Shown: positions 46,617 to 56,155 of the stretch, piece by piece
How positions within the stretch are numbered: the stretch's first letter is position 1
Layout of the letters: every line of letters begins with the position of its first letter
Source: Syntrophaceae bacterium UBA1411
Lineage (GTDB): Bacteria > Desulfobacterota > Syntrophia > Syntrophales > Smithellaceae
DNA length: 64,000 nucleotides
Assembly (NCBI GenBank): GCA_002304995.1
Contig: DBPV01000022.1
Coordinates: 1,248 to 65,247, forward strand
Reading direction: 5' to 3'
The notes under the pieces: generated by a model
Told to the model about the DNA's origin: nothing
Seen by the model: only the letters and a program-made list of their open reading frames with translations
The model's database searches: none
Program-made: the position numbers and the translations under genes

Positions 46617-48398
46617 TTATTTCCGGTTGCGGCAGCGGTCCAGTTGATTGAGGTTCTTCGTGTCGCATTCATCTTCCACGTAACCGGATCCGGACAATAT
46701 CTTCGGTGTGATAAATACCATCAACTGCCGTTTTTGCCGCGAAACATTTTCCGTTTTAAAAAGCCATCCCAGGATGGGAACTTTGTAAACCCAGGGAACG
46801 CCGCTTACAATTTTGTTTTCCTGCGTGCGAAAAACGCCGCCGATGACCACCGTATCGCCGTCCATGATGACAACCTTGGATTCCACTTCATTTTTGCGAA
46901 TCGGCGGATTGCCCTGCAGTTTTTCGCCCTGCGCATAATCCGGCGTATCATTCGTCGCCTTGATTTCCATGGAAATCCGGCCTTCGTCGGTGATTTTGGG
47001 TTTCACTTCCAGCCGCAGAACCGCTTCCTTGAAGGTCACGGTCGCGGGCGACGTTCCGGACGCGGGCGTCACATAGGGAACTTCGTCGCCCTGCTTGATG
47101 ACGGCTTTCACATTGTCCATCGTCACGACCTTCGGCGAGGAAATCACCCGCCCCTGGGTGGTTGCCTCCAGCGCGGAGAGCTGCGTCTCAATAAACGTGC
47201 GCGCGCCGCCGAAGACAATGCCCAGCGTGGGGCCGAGGAGACTGGACGGAAAGTTCACCGCGGCCATGGTCAGCGGATCGACTGTTCCCGCTTTCAAAAA
47301 GGGGATTTCGCTCGGATACGTCAGTTTCTGGGCGTTGGTTTGCGTGAGCGGATTGGTGCCGAAGGCCATTCCCAAACCGTAGGATCCGATGGAAGAATGG
47401 TTGCCGAATCCCCACTGGATGCCGAGATTGCGGACAAAATCTTCCGACGCTTCAACGATTTTGGCTTCAATGAGGATCTGGCGCAATTTGCCTTTTTCCG
47501 CCAGCTCCTGTATTTCTTTTGCTTTGCGGTCTTCTTCCGCCTTGCGAATCTCTTCCTCCGCTGCTTTCTTAACCTGGATATCCTTCCTCTGTCTTTCCAG
47601 AGTCATAACCGTGATGACGTCGCCGGTTTCCTGCTTGGTCAGGCCGTGAACCCGTAAAATGGCTTCCAGGGCCTGATCCCACGGCACACTCTTCATCGAC
47701 AGTGTGACATTGCCCTTGACGTCATCGCCGGAAATGATGCTCACATTGCCGTATTCCGCCATCAGGCGCAGAACACTTTTAATGTCCGCTTCCTGAAAAT
47801 CAAGGGAGATGATCCGGTCGGCCTGGCGTTTCGTGAAATCGCGCCGCGCGGGCCGTTTGATTTCCTGATCCTCATCGGCGCCCTGTCCCGAAACCGCGGC
47901 CTGCTTCTCGCGGACGGCGCTTAATTTTGCTTCGATGCCGGAAATGTTGAAGTCGATGATGACGAGCTTTCCTTCCTGCCGTATGGAATACGGCACGCTT
48001 TCCTTCAGGATGATTTTGAGGTTCACCCACGATCGGCCTGCCGTCGTCTGCGGCTGGGCCTGCACGGCCGTTACATTGAGCAGACGCCCGGCGCCGAGGG
48101 GTTCCCGCATCCCGTCGGGAACAAACAAATTCTCCAGCCGGACGAGCAGACTGTTGTCCGGTTGCAGGGACGGAGGAGACAGAGCCGGTTGCCGGGAAAC
48201 CACCAGACTGACGCGCTCCCGCCCGGCCAGTTTTTCAAACAACACGTTTTCCAGATACCCCACGGCAGCGGATTCGTTTTTTCCCGCGGCGGTTTTATTT
48301 GAATCTGCGCCCGCTCCTGCGGCGACTCCGGAGGATACGGACAGGAAAATCCAGAGGACTATAAAAGCAGGAATGATTTTGAATAAAGTTTTTTTCAT
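46617..48398 (-). CDS. pilQ: type IV pilus secretin PilQ
   Basis: The 593-aa product has a signal peptide, AMIN-like N-terminal region and secretin C-terminal domain (..GGVFRTQENKIVSGVPWVYKVPILGWLFK). Confidence 0.9.
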   Translation of the reverse strand: MKKTLFKIIPAFIVLWIFLSVSSGVAAGAGADSNKTAAGKNESAAVGYLENVLFEKLAGRERVSLVVSRQPALSPPSLQPDNSLLVRLENLFVPDGMREPLGAGRLLNVTAVQAQPQTTAGRSWVNLKIILKESVPYSIRQEGKLVIIDFNISGIEAKLSAVREKQAAVSGQGADEDQEIKRPARRDFTKRQADRIISLDFQEADIKSVLRLMAEYGNVSIISGDDVKGNVTLSMKSVPWDQALEAILRVHGLTKQETGDVITVMTLERQRKDIQVKKAAEEEIRKAEEDRKAKEIQELAEKGKLRQILIEAKIVEASEDFVRNLGIQWGFGNHSSIGSYGLGMAFGTNPLTQTNAQKLTYPSEIPFLKAGTVDPLTMAAVNFPSSLLGPTLGIVFGGARTFIETQLSALEATTQGRVISSPKVVTMDNVKAVIKQGDEVPYVTPASGTSPATVTFKEAVLRLEVKPKITDEGRISMEIKATNDTPDYAQGEKLQGNPPIRKNEVESKVVIMDGDTVVIGGVFRTQENKIVSGVPWVYKVPILGWLFKTENVSRQKRQLMVFITPKILSGSGYVEDECDTKNLNQLDRCRNRK

Positions 48399-48410
48399 GA
48401 CAGTACCTCG

Positions 48411-48953
48411 TTAAATATTTTTACGCAGCTTCAAAATAATTCTCTTAACTTTTTTCCCGTCTTCCTCATCCACCGTCAGCCGGTCCGCAAGAATATCCGT
48501 CACTTTTCCATTGCGAAGACCGATGCGCGTTCCGACAAATAGCGGGTAAAACCGTTTCGCCGAATCTTCGACGATCGCGATGCGCCTCATCTCATCCCCG
48601 ATGATGCCGACAAGCCGGAAGCTTTCCACATCCGCCCTCTGCAACGGGAAAATGGACTCCACCTGGGCCTCCTTTTCCTTCTTCACCGCTTTAACTTCAA
48701 CGTCCATAAACGGTTTGAACGGATCGGGCTTGCCCAGAGGATTATAGCTGTAAGAGCTGTCCTGCGCAGGCGCAGGAGAGACCGACGGTGCGGCGGGCAT
48801 CGGAACCGGAACCAGCCCGGGAGCTGTTCCCGAAGGCAGGGACTGCCCGGCAGCTTTGGGAATCTCGGCGCCGGCGGCGCCAAAAGCCGCCGCAAAAAGA
48901 ATCAGCAAGACGCCCCAAACGATGACTTTATTTTTTTTCATTTTTCTTTTCAT
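48411..48953 (-). CDS. pilP: type IV pilus assembly protein PilP
   Basis: The start at MKRKMKKNK (ATG at 48953) lies inside track ORF 48411..48977. The product has a signal anchor, a P/A-rich linker and a C-terminal beta domain. It sits between pilO and pilQ. Confidence 0.8.
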   Translation of the reverse strand: MKRKMKKNKVIVWGVLLILFAAAFGAAGAEIPKAAGQSLPSGTAPGLVPVPMPAAPSVSPAPAQDSSYSYNPLGKPDPFKPFMDVEVKAVKKEKEAQVESIFPLQRADVESFRLVGIIGDEMRRIAIVEDSAKRFYPLFVGTRIGLRNGKVTDILADRLTVDEEDGKKVKRIILKLRKNI

Positions 48954-49662
48954 GAGTCGGCTCTTGTTTATCCACAAACATGTACGTCCTGATCGTGCAG
49001 GATGTCGTAAGAAGATATCCCCGTCCCTTGACTTCCTTGCGATCGCCTATGGAAACATCGGACACATTGACAATCCGCGGCAATTTGGCGACTTTTTCGA
49101 AAAAATGCACCGTATTTTGGAAATGGCCCGTCACCGTAACTTTCACCGGAATTTCCTGGTAAAAAGGCTCCGGCTCGGCCGGTTTTTTGCCGTCTCCTTT
49201 GGCCGCCGGCTTCTTGGGCGCCGCCGTTTTCTGGTCGGACGGCTTCAGCAGCGCTGAAACCGCCGGTGTTTCCAGCTCCGCCTGCTCCAGCGTTTTAGCC
49301 ACAGCAGCTTGCGGCTCAAATAAAACGAATTCAATATCGGCGTCTCTGCCCGCCAGGGCAACGGAATGAAAAAGTCCCGGAATTTCCCGCTGGTCGGGAA
49401 GTTTCAACAGGGCCACTTTGTAATTTTCCTCAAGCGCCGCGACTTCGGCTTTATACTTGTCGTACTGCAGGACGATTTTTTCCTTCTGCGTAATCTGCGC
49501 CCGGATGCTTTCCAGATCCTTCTCCAGGGTTGCTTTTTTCGTCAGGACGTCCGACAAAAAATAAAAGTAATACAGGTAGCCGATGATAAAAACCACCAGA
49601 ATGACAATCAGAGCTTTGGCCTGGGGAGACAATTTTTTCAGATCATTTACCGTTATGGCCAT
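48928..49662 (-). CDS. pilO: type IV pilus assembly protein PilO
   Basis: The 244-aa product has an N-terminal TM helix followed by a coiled coil (LEKDLESIRAQITQKEK). It sits in the pilMNOPQ order. Confidence 0.82.
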   Translation of the reverse strand: MAITVNDLKKLSPQAKALIVILVVFIIGYLYYFYFLSDVLTKKATLEKDLESIRAQITQKEKIVLQYDKYKAEVAALEENYKVALLKLPDQREIPGLFHSVALAGRDADIEFVLFEPQAAVAKTLEQAELETPAVSALLKPSDQKTAAPKKPAAKGDGKKPAEPEPFYQEIPVKVTVTGHFQNTVHFFEKVAKLPRIVNVSDVSIGDRKEVKGRGYLLTTSCTIRTYMFVDKQEPTHEKKNEKK

Positions 49663-49665
49663 AGG

Positions 49666-50214
49666 TTAAAACCCCTTTTTCATTTTACAGGAAAAAATAA
49701 AACGCTGCAGGGTGACACCGGCAATATCCGTTTTCTTGGAGGAAACCAGATCGACCGACTGAATGGGCGGAAAGTTTTCAATGGTTTTCATAAAATTCGC
49801 AGCGGCAATATTGTCCCGGCCGATGCCCTCGATGGTCAGGCTGTCCTTGCTCTGCGCTAATTTCACCAGCCAGATATCTTTTTGCGGCACCAGCATGGCC
49901 AGATCATCCAGCGTTTTCACAGGCAAAAGACGGTTCTCTTCCAGCTTGGCGATTACCGCCAGTTTCAATTGCAGTTCCGCTTTCTTGAGCTTGAATTTTT
50001 CCAGGTCGCCGACTTTTTCATTTAACACCTTCAGCGTTTGCTGGGATTCGGTCATTTTTGCTTCCAGATCCCGAACCTGGGAAACCATATAAATCTGCAG
50101 CCAGACCAGACAGAGGAGGAAGAGGATGAAGACACCCACGATAATGGTGATCTGCCGGGACAGATTTTCTTTCTTTTCTTTTTCGCGGTAAGGTAAAAGA
50201 TTAATCTTAATCAT
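49666..50214 (-). CDS. pilN: type IV pilus assembly protein PilN
   Basis: The 182-aa product has the conserved N-terminus MIKINLLPYRE followed by a TM helix. Confidence 0.88.
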   Translation of the reverse strand: MIKINLLPYREKEKKENLSRQITIIVGVFILFLLCLVWLQIYMVSQVRDLEAKMTESQQTLKVLNEKVGDLEKFKLKKAELQLKLAVIAKLEENRLLPVKTLDDLAMLVPQKDIWLVKLAQSKDSLTIEGIGRDNIAAANFMKTIENFPPIQSVDLVSSKKTDIAGVTLQRFIFSCKMKKGF

Positions 50215-51287
50215 TTATCACCTATTTTCCTCAAACCCAGCCCGATGGCCACGGCACCGACGGTCTTGATGCTTTCAATCTTCCCGGCATCAATATTCTT
50301 CTTGTTGTAGCCGATTTTTAAAAGAGGGTTGATCACTTCCGTCTCGATGTTCAACCGCTGGGACAAGTGGCCGGTCAAGCCCGCAATTCTTGAAGATCCG
50401 CCTGAGAGATATACACGCTTGATGTAGTCGCCGCCGAACGTCGAACGGAAATAATCAACGGACCTTTCGATTTCCGCGCAGATCGGTTCGGCGCATTCCA
50501 GGATGGCGTTTCTCAGGTCGAGGTTCTCCTGTTCGCCGCCGGGAACGCCCTCCAGTTTCATCCGCTCCGCCTCTTCCAGCGACACGCCGTATCTGTCCTG
50601 CAGTCCTTCCGTAATGGCGTTTCCCGCTATCGTAAAATCCCGGGTAAAAATGGACATGCCGCCCTTGATGACGTTGATGTTGGTCAGCCCCCCGCCGACG
50701 TTGACAATAACGACGATCTCATTGTCTTCGAAGTCGTAGTTGGCTTCGTACATCGTTTCCAGCGCAAAGGAATCCACGTCCATGATGAGCACCGTGAGGC
50801 CGGCCGCCGTAATCGCATCGAGGTAACTGTTGACGTCCGCCTTTTTCGCGGCGACGATGATGACGTCCATTTGGTTGGGGTTGAATTCGTTGTCCCCGAG
50901 AATCTGGAAATCAAAATTGACGTCATCCATATTGTCGAAGGGAAGGTATTTCCCCGCTTCATCGCGGATGAGTTCCCGCAAGTCGGCTTCTTCCATTTGC
51001 GCCAGGGTGACTTTCTTGACGATGACGGAACTTCCGGAAAGGGAGGTGACGATTCCTTTTCCCTTGCATCCGGAATTGCGGAAAAGTTCTTTGATGCTTG
51101 CGGAGAGAGCGGCTGCATCCTCCAAAACACCGTCCACGATGATTCCCGGCGTCACGGGAATCTGTCGAAACCGGTTAAGAACATAGCCATGGGACGTGTT
51201 GATGATTTCGGCAAGCTTCAGAGAATTGGAACCGATGTCCAGGCCGACCAGCTTTTTTGTTCCGGTAAATAATTCTTTTATGTCCAT
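50211..51287 (-). CDS. pilM: type IV pilus assembly protein PilM (actin-like ATPase fold)
   Basis: The 358-aa product has GLDIGSNSLKLAE and a typical PilM/FtsA-like fold sequence. It overlaps pilN by 4 nt. Confidence 0.9.
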   Translation of the reverse strand: MDIKELFTGTKKLVGLDIGSNSLKLAEIINTSHGYVLNRFRQIPVTPGIIVDGVLEDAAALSASIKELFRNSGCKGKGIVTSLSGSSVIVKKVTLAQMEEADLRELIRDEAGKYLPFDNMDDVNFDFQILGDNEFNPNQMDVIIVAAKKADVNSYLDAITAAGLTVLIMDVDSFALETMYEANYDFEDNEIVVIVNVGGGLTNINVIKGGMSIFTRDFTIAGNAITEGLQDRYGVSLEEAERMKLEGVPGGEQENLDLRNAILECAEPICAEIERSVDYFRSTFGGDYIKRVYLSGGSSRIAGLTGHLSQRLNIETEVINPLLKIGYNKKNIDAGKIESIKTVGAVAIGLGLRKIGDK

Positions 51288-51333
51288 TAAAGCACCGAAT
51301 AAGTCGTTTCTGTTTCAGAAAACCATCTGTCCC

Positions 51334-51600
51334 TTATTTTGCCATCCTGTATACAATATCTCCTTTTTTCACCATGCCCAGTTCGTTGCGGGCAATGGCT
51401 TCAATGTATGCCGGATCACTTCTCAATAAGTGAATCTTTTTTTCCAGGTCCCTGTTGAGGGCCGTCAGATGAGCGTTTTCTGTCTTGAGCGCAGCCAGTC
51501 TTTCGTTCATCAGGTAATTATCGACGATGCCCCGGTTCCCGAAAGTAATTAAAAGCGCCATCAAAAATAAAAAGGCTATTAAGTACCTGCCTATCTTCAT
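51334..51600 (-). CDS. ftsB: septum formation initiator FtsB/DivIC family protein
   Basis: The 88-aa product has an N-terminal TM helix, a coiled coil (LAALKTENAHLTALNRDLEKKI) and the C-terminal YIEAIARNELGMVKKGD motif. Confidence 0.85.
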   Translation of the reverse strand: MKIGRYLIAFLFLMALLITFGNRGIVDNYLMNERLAALKTENAHLTALNRDLEKKIHLLRSDPAYIEAIARNELGMVKKGDIVYRMAK

Positions 51601-51642
51601 GGATAATCATATCCTCCAGCAAAAGACGCTTTTAAACCCCGG

Positions 51643-51840
51643 CTACTGCGGAAAGACGTCTTCGTATGATTTCTGCAGGGCCTTGGCGACTTTCAATTCA
51701 GAATTTTTTCTCGTCGGCAATCCTTTTTCCATTTTGGCCACCGTTTGCGGTGTTAATCCCGCCTCGCGGGCCAGCTCGGAAATGCTAAGCGGAATCGACT
51801 CTCGATACTTTTTTACTCTATTTTTCTTGATATTTTCCAT
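51643..51840 (-). CDS. XRE-family helix-turn-helix transcriptional regulator (65 aa)
   Basis: The product has an HTH_3-like core, LSISELAREAGLTPQTVAKMEKG. Confidence 0.75.
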   Translation of the reverse strand: MENIKKNRVKKYRESIPLSISELAREAGLTPQTVAKMEKGLPTRKNSELKVAKALQKSYEDVFPQ

Positions 51841-51924
51841 GATAACTTAAAGCAATCCCTTGACTGTTTGGCCCTAAAAAACTACAACTAATGGAAATTG
51901 TCAAGAAAAATATCAACAATAATA

Positions 51925-51950
51925 AAGATTAATTAATATTAATTAATCTT
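51925..51950. repeat. perfect 26-bp AT-only-core palindrome in the promoter region of the HTH-ftsB-pil block
   Basis: AAGATTAATTAATATTAATTAATCTT equals its own reverse complement. It lies 85-110 nt upstream of the HTH gene start. Confidence 0.9.
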
Positions 51951-52064
51951 ACTGGGCGATAATATCCTGCCTTTCAGATTTTATCGATCTATTTTTTCAA
52001 AACATGAAACAAAAAGGATATTTATGTGACATCTGTCACTGCCGCGGCCGGACGGAGGCCCAAA

Positions 52065-52089
52065 GCCCCTTCCTCAAGAGGGAAGGGGC
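52065..52089 (-). terminator. hairpin downstream of the DUF39 gene
   Basis: GCCCCTTCC (52065-52073) pairs with GGAAGGGGC (52081-52089), a 9-bp perfect stem. Only a short T-run follows on the minus strand. Confidence 0.45.
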
Positions 52090-52120
52090 CCGAATTGATT
52101 CACTGTTGGTCTTACGTTGG

Positions 52121-53296
52121 TTAAACGGACACGGAAGGCAGATTTTGTTGCGGTTCGCCCAGAAGAAATTTGCCGCCTTCAATCCAATCCTTCAGAATAT
52201 TGGCAATCTGGCCGGCCTTGTAATAACTGGACAGAGGGGCGGTAATCACTTTTTTATTGTCGATCATCACCGAACCGCTGCGCAGATCCCCGTAGCTCAC
52301 TTCCGCCACGGGCTTGGGATTGCCCTTCGGATAGTCCATGCTGTAGTCGTATACCTGGGCATAGATATCCGCGTCCCGGACGGCGGTATAGCGGGCCATT
52401 TCTTCATCGAGCATGGGAATGGGTACGCCGATGCCGACAAACAAAGAAACGCCGTACCCCAAGATGCTGGCGCCCGTGAGCCACTCGGGGCTCATCTCCT
52501 TCAGATTGCCGATCACCGCCAGGGTGCCCGCTCCTTCCTTGGGAACGCCGTTGGCCGACCGGGCCACATGAGGATTATGCTGTGTCCCCGGCCAGGCGAT
52601 AAATCCCTGGGCGCCGCCCAGGAAGATCCGTGTTCCAACGCCGATCGTCCGGTAGTAGGGATCGTTGAACAGAGGGCTGAGCTGGCCTGCCGTCGCGTAG
52701 GACGCGTTGGCCATGCGCGGACGTAAAATGCCCATGTAGGTGTAAATCGTTGTGTCGGAGAGATTCACGGCGCAGTTATAGTTCTGATAGGCATTGCGCG
52801 GATTGAACAGGAAGGCGTCCCGCAAATCGTTGATGGTGATGTTTTTTTCAAATTTGCGCGCCGGATAACAATCCGTGCCGTATCCCTCGGCCCGCAATTT
52901 GACGACGTTGCCGGACACCAGATCTTCGATCACATGACCGCCGCCGTAATTGAATTCGCCGGGATAGACGCTGTTTTGCGGATCTCCCTCGACGACTTCC
53001 GTCGCGCCGAGATAGCAGTCGACCGCCGCAATGCCGCCGTAGGCGGGCACGTCGTTGAGCCAGACGCGGGACGCCCGGATGCGCGGCGCCGTGTGGCCGA
53101 AATTCAGAAAAGCGCCCGAAGAGCACATCGCACCGAAGGTGCCGGTCGTGACGACATCGACACGGCGGGCCGCCTCGACCTCTCCGTGACGCGCCACCAC
53201 ATCGATCATTTCCTCGGCCGTAACGACGACGGCACATCCTTTTTTGATCTTTTCGTTGATTTCCTGAAAGGTTTTTTTAACTTTGAATTTTTTCAT
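52121..53296 (-). CDS. DUF39/COG1900 family homocysteine biosynthesis enzyme-like protein
   Basis: The 391-aa product starts KTFQEINEKIKKGCAVVVTAEEM..VDVVTTGTFGAMCSSGAFLNFGH, as I recall for the COG1900 (HcyBio) family. There is no CBS-domain tail. Confidence 0.7.
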   Translation of the reverse strand: MKKFKVKKTFQEINEKIKKGCAVVVTAEEMIDVVARHGEVEAARRVDVVTTGTFGAMCSSGAFLNFGHTAPRIRASRVWLNDVPAYGGIAAVDCYLGATEVVEGDPQNSVYPGEFNYGGGHVIEDLVSGNVVKLRAEGYGTDCYPARKFEKNITINDLRDAFLFNPRNAYQNYNCAVNLSDTTIYTYMGILRPRMANASYATAGQLSPLFNDPYYRTIGVGTRIFLGGAQGFIAWPGTQHNPHVARSANGVPKEGAGTLAVIGNLKEMSPEWLTGASILGYGVSLFVGIGVPIPMLDEEMARYTAVRDADIYAQVYDYSMDYPKGNPKPVAEVSYGDLRSGSVMIDNKKVITAPLSSYYKAGQIANILKDWIEGGKFLLGEPQQNLPSVSV

Positions 53297-53379
53297 GACC
53301 TTTTACCGGCCGCTCTTTATTTTGCCGGATTTCATACCACTGTTTTGGCGCAAATGCAAAATTCCTGCGCGCCGCGCCT

Positions 53380-53823
53380 TTACGTGTGTCCGAAGCCGCC
53401 CGGCCCCCGGACGGTTTCGCTCAGGTCGGCCGACTCGATCCACTCGGCCCGGCAGACGCGGGCAATGACCATCTGCGCCAGACGCAGCCCCCGGAACACG
53501 ATAAACGGGGAATCGCCGTGGTTGATGACAATGAGCGCGATTTCGCCGCGGTAGTCCGCGTCGATTGTTCCGGGAGTATTTAAAAGCGTCACGCCCTGAT
53601 GCAGCGCCAGGCCGCTGCGCGGGCGAATCTGCGCCTCATAGCCTTCCGGGAGAGCCACGGCGATACCGGTTGGAATTTTTTTGCGGCCGCCGGGCGGAAT
53701 CGTTTCCTCGCCGGTAACGGCCGCAAAGAGGTCCATTCCCGCCGCCTGATCGGTCATATACCGGGGCAGGGGCAGATCTTCACTGCCGGCAATCCTCTTT
53801 ATTTGGACTTTAAGAGTTTCCAT
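53380..53823 (-). CDS. dut: dUTP diphosphatase
   Basis: The 147-aa product has the motifs AAGMDL, RSGLA and GTIDADYRGE. Confidence 0.93.
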   Translation of the reverse strand: METLKVQIKRIAGSEDLPLPRYMTDQAAGMDLFAAVTGEETIPPGGRKKIPTGIAVALPEGYEAQIRPRSGLALHQGVTLLNTPGTIDADYRGEIALIVINHGDSPFIVFRGLRLAQMVIARVCRAEWIESADLSETVRGPGGFGHT

Positions 53824-53892
53824 GAAAGATTAGAAATCATCCCGCACCGGCTTCCGCCGGCGCGGGATGATCGTCTGTAACCGAAAAAACAG

Positions 53893-56013
53893 CTACTTTG
53901 TTTCCGCGCCCAGCGCTTCTTTCCGGCTGAGACGGATTTTGCCCTGTTTGTCCACTTCCAGCACCTTGACCATGACCTCGTCGCCTTCCTGCAGAACGTC
54001 CGTTACCTTGGCGATTCTTTCCTTGGCGATCTGCGAAATATGCAGCAGACCTTCCGTTCCGGGAAGAATTTCGACAAACGCGCCGAAATCGACGATTTTC
54101 TTGACGGTGCCGCGGTAAATCTTGCCGACTTCCGCTTCTTCGGTGAGCCACTTGACCATCGCCACGGCGCGGGCCGCCGCTTCGGCGTCGGCGGACGCGA
54201 TCGTCACGGTCCCGTCGTCTTCCACGTCGATGGTGACGCCGGTTTCGCTGATGATCTGGCGGATGTTCTTTCCACCGGAGCCGATGACGGTGCGCACCTG
54301 GTCTTCCTTCACCTTGACGGTGGTGATGCGCGGCGCGTAGAGCGAAATGTCCGGCCGCGGCGCGGACAGGGTTTCGCGGATCTTGCCGATGATGAACAGG
54401 CGGCCGTCGCGGGCCTGGGCCAGCGCCTTGCGCAGGATGTCTTCAGTCAGGCCGTCGATCTTGATGTCCATCTGCATGGCGGTCACGCCTTTTTCCGTTC
54501 CGCAGACCTTGAAATCCATATCGCCGGCATGGTCTTCATCGCCCAGAATGTCGGACAGAATGACGACGTCGTCTCCTTCCTTCAGCAGTCCCATGGCGAT
54601 GCCCGCGACGATGTCCCGCACCGGCACGCCGCCGTCCATCAGACACAGAATGCCGCCGCACACCGTCGCCATCGAGGACGATCCATTGGAAGAGAGAATT
54701 TCGGAAACGATCCGGATCGTGTAGGGAAACTGCTCCGGCGGCGGGAGCACGGGAACCAGCGCCTTGCGCGCCAGCGCGCCGTGGCCGATTTCCCTGCGGC
54801 CGGGCGACCGAAGCGATTTGGCTTCGCCCACGCTGTAAGGCGGAAAATTATAATGGAGCAGGAAGGAACGGAGTTCTTCGCCGCCGACATAGTCCATGCG
54901 CTGCTCATCCGAGGAGGTTCCCAGGGTGAGAGCGGTGAGCGCCTGCGTTTCGCCGCGGTTGAAGAGGGCCGATCCGTGGGCACGCGGCAGCACGCCGGCT
55001 TCCGAGCTGATCGGGCGGATATCGGTTGAAGACCGGCCGTCAATTCGCTTTTTGTCGTTTAATATCATCTCCCGGAGAATTCGGGATTCCAGATGCTCGA
55101 TGATTGCAGCAACCTTTTTGCAAAGCCCGACGTCATCCCCGCCGATTTTTTTGATGACCGCTTCCCGAACGTCGCCCAGCTTGGCGTAGCGCTCCAGCTT
55201 GCGCGGCATGCCGTAGCCTTCTTTGAGGCCCGGCAACGCTTCCTCGCGCACCCGGGCGATCAGTTCTTCATCCGGCGCGGCTTCTTCCACCGGCCGCTTG
55301 GCTTTGCCGACCGCCGCCCGCATCTGGTCCTGCAGATCGATCACCGGCCGAACGGCTTCCAGGCCGAATTTGATGGCATCGACGATAATGTCTTCCGGCA
55401 CTTCCTTGGCTTCGCCTTCCATCATGACCAGTTCGACGTCATAGGCGCGGCCCGACCGGCTCGGCGTGACCTTGCGTCCCACCAGAAAGAGATTCATTTC
55501 GCTTTCCTGCATTTTTTCCGCGGACGCATTGGCGACCAGTTCGCCGGCAATCCGTCCGACGCGCACGCCGGCGATCGGCCCCTTGAACGGAATGTCCGAT
55601 ATCTCGAGCGCGGCGGACGCGCCGATCATCGCCGCGACATCCGCGTCGTTTTCCTTGTCCACCGACAGCACCGTCGCCACCATCTGGGTTTCCGAATAGT
55701 ACCCTTTGGGGAACAGCGGACGAATCGCCCGGTCAATGATGCGCGACGTTAAAATTTCCCGCTCGTTGGGACGCCCCTCACGCTTGAAAAAACCGCCGGG
55801 AATTTTACCCGCGGCAAAAGTCATTTCCTGATAATCCACGGTGAGCGGCAGAAAATCGACGCCTTCCCTCACACTTTTCAAAGAAACAGCCGTGACCAGC
55901 ACGACGGTGTCCCCGTAATAGACCAGCGTGGAACCGTCCGCCTGCGCGGCTACATAATTGGTTTTGATTGTGAAATTTCGCCCTGCGAAATCCGTACTGA
56001 ATGCTTTACTCAT
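53893..56013 (-). CDS. pnp: polyribonucleotide nucleotidyltransferase (PNPase)
   Basis: The 706-aa product has two RNase PH domains (GSALFNRGETQAL) and C-terminal KH and S1 domains (GKIYRGTVKKIVDFGAFVEI). Confidence 0.95.
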   Translation of the reverse strand: MSKAFSTDFAGRNFTIKTNYVAAQADGSTLVYYGDTVVLVTAVSLKSVREGVDFLPLTVDYQEMTFAAGKIPGGFFKREGRPNEREILTSRIIDRAIRPLFPKGYYSETQMVATVLSVDKENDADVAAMIGASAALEISDIPFKGPIAGVRVGRIAGELVANASAEKMQESEMNLFLVGRKVTPSRSGRAYDVELVMMEGEAKEVPEDIIVDAIKFGLEAVRPVIDLQDQMRAAVGKAKRPVEEAAPDEELIARVREEALPGLKEGYGMPRKLERYAKLGDVREAVIKKIGGDDVGLCKKVAAIIEHLESRILREMILNDKKRIDGRSSTDIRPISSEAGVLPRAHGSALFNRGETQALTALTLGTSSDEQRMDYVGGEELRSFLLHYNFPPYSVGEAKSLRSPGRREIGHGALARKALVPVLPPPEQFPYTIRIVSEILSSNGSSSMATVCGGILCLMDGGVPVRDIVAGIAMGLLKEGDDVVILSDILGDEDHAGDMDFKVCGTEKGVTAMQMDIKIDGLTEDILRKALAQARDGRLFIIGKIRETLSAPRPDISLYAPRITTVKVKEDQVRTVIGSGGKNIRQIISETGVTIDVEDDGTVTIASADAEAAARAVAMVKWLTEEAEVGKIYRGTVKKIVDFGAFVEILPGTEGLLHISQIAKERIAKVTDVLQEGDEVMVKVLEVDKQGKIRLSRKEALGAETK

Positions 56014-56155
56014 TAATTTCCTCCACCTTATTAGGTTGTTGTTGTCCGGAACAGGAAAGGAAAGGTTCCCGCGGCAAGCCGCAAAAAACCTTCAATTCGC
56101 ATGGAACACTGCGAAGCGCGCCTGGTTTTCGTAAAAAAAACAGGTGCACGGACAA

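Noticed and set aside
52004-52726. A 240-aa + strand ORF reaching into the HTH/DUF39 intergenic region.
   Set aside because: It is mostly antisense to the DUF39 gene and has no RBS or motifs. Its 5' part crosses the DUF39 terminator hairpin.
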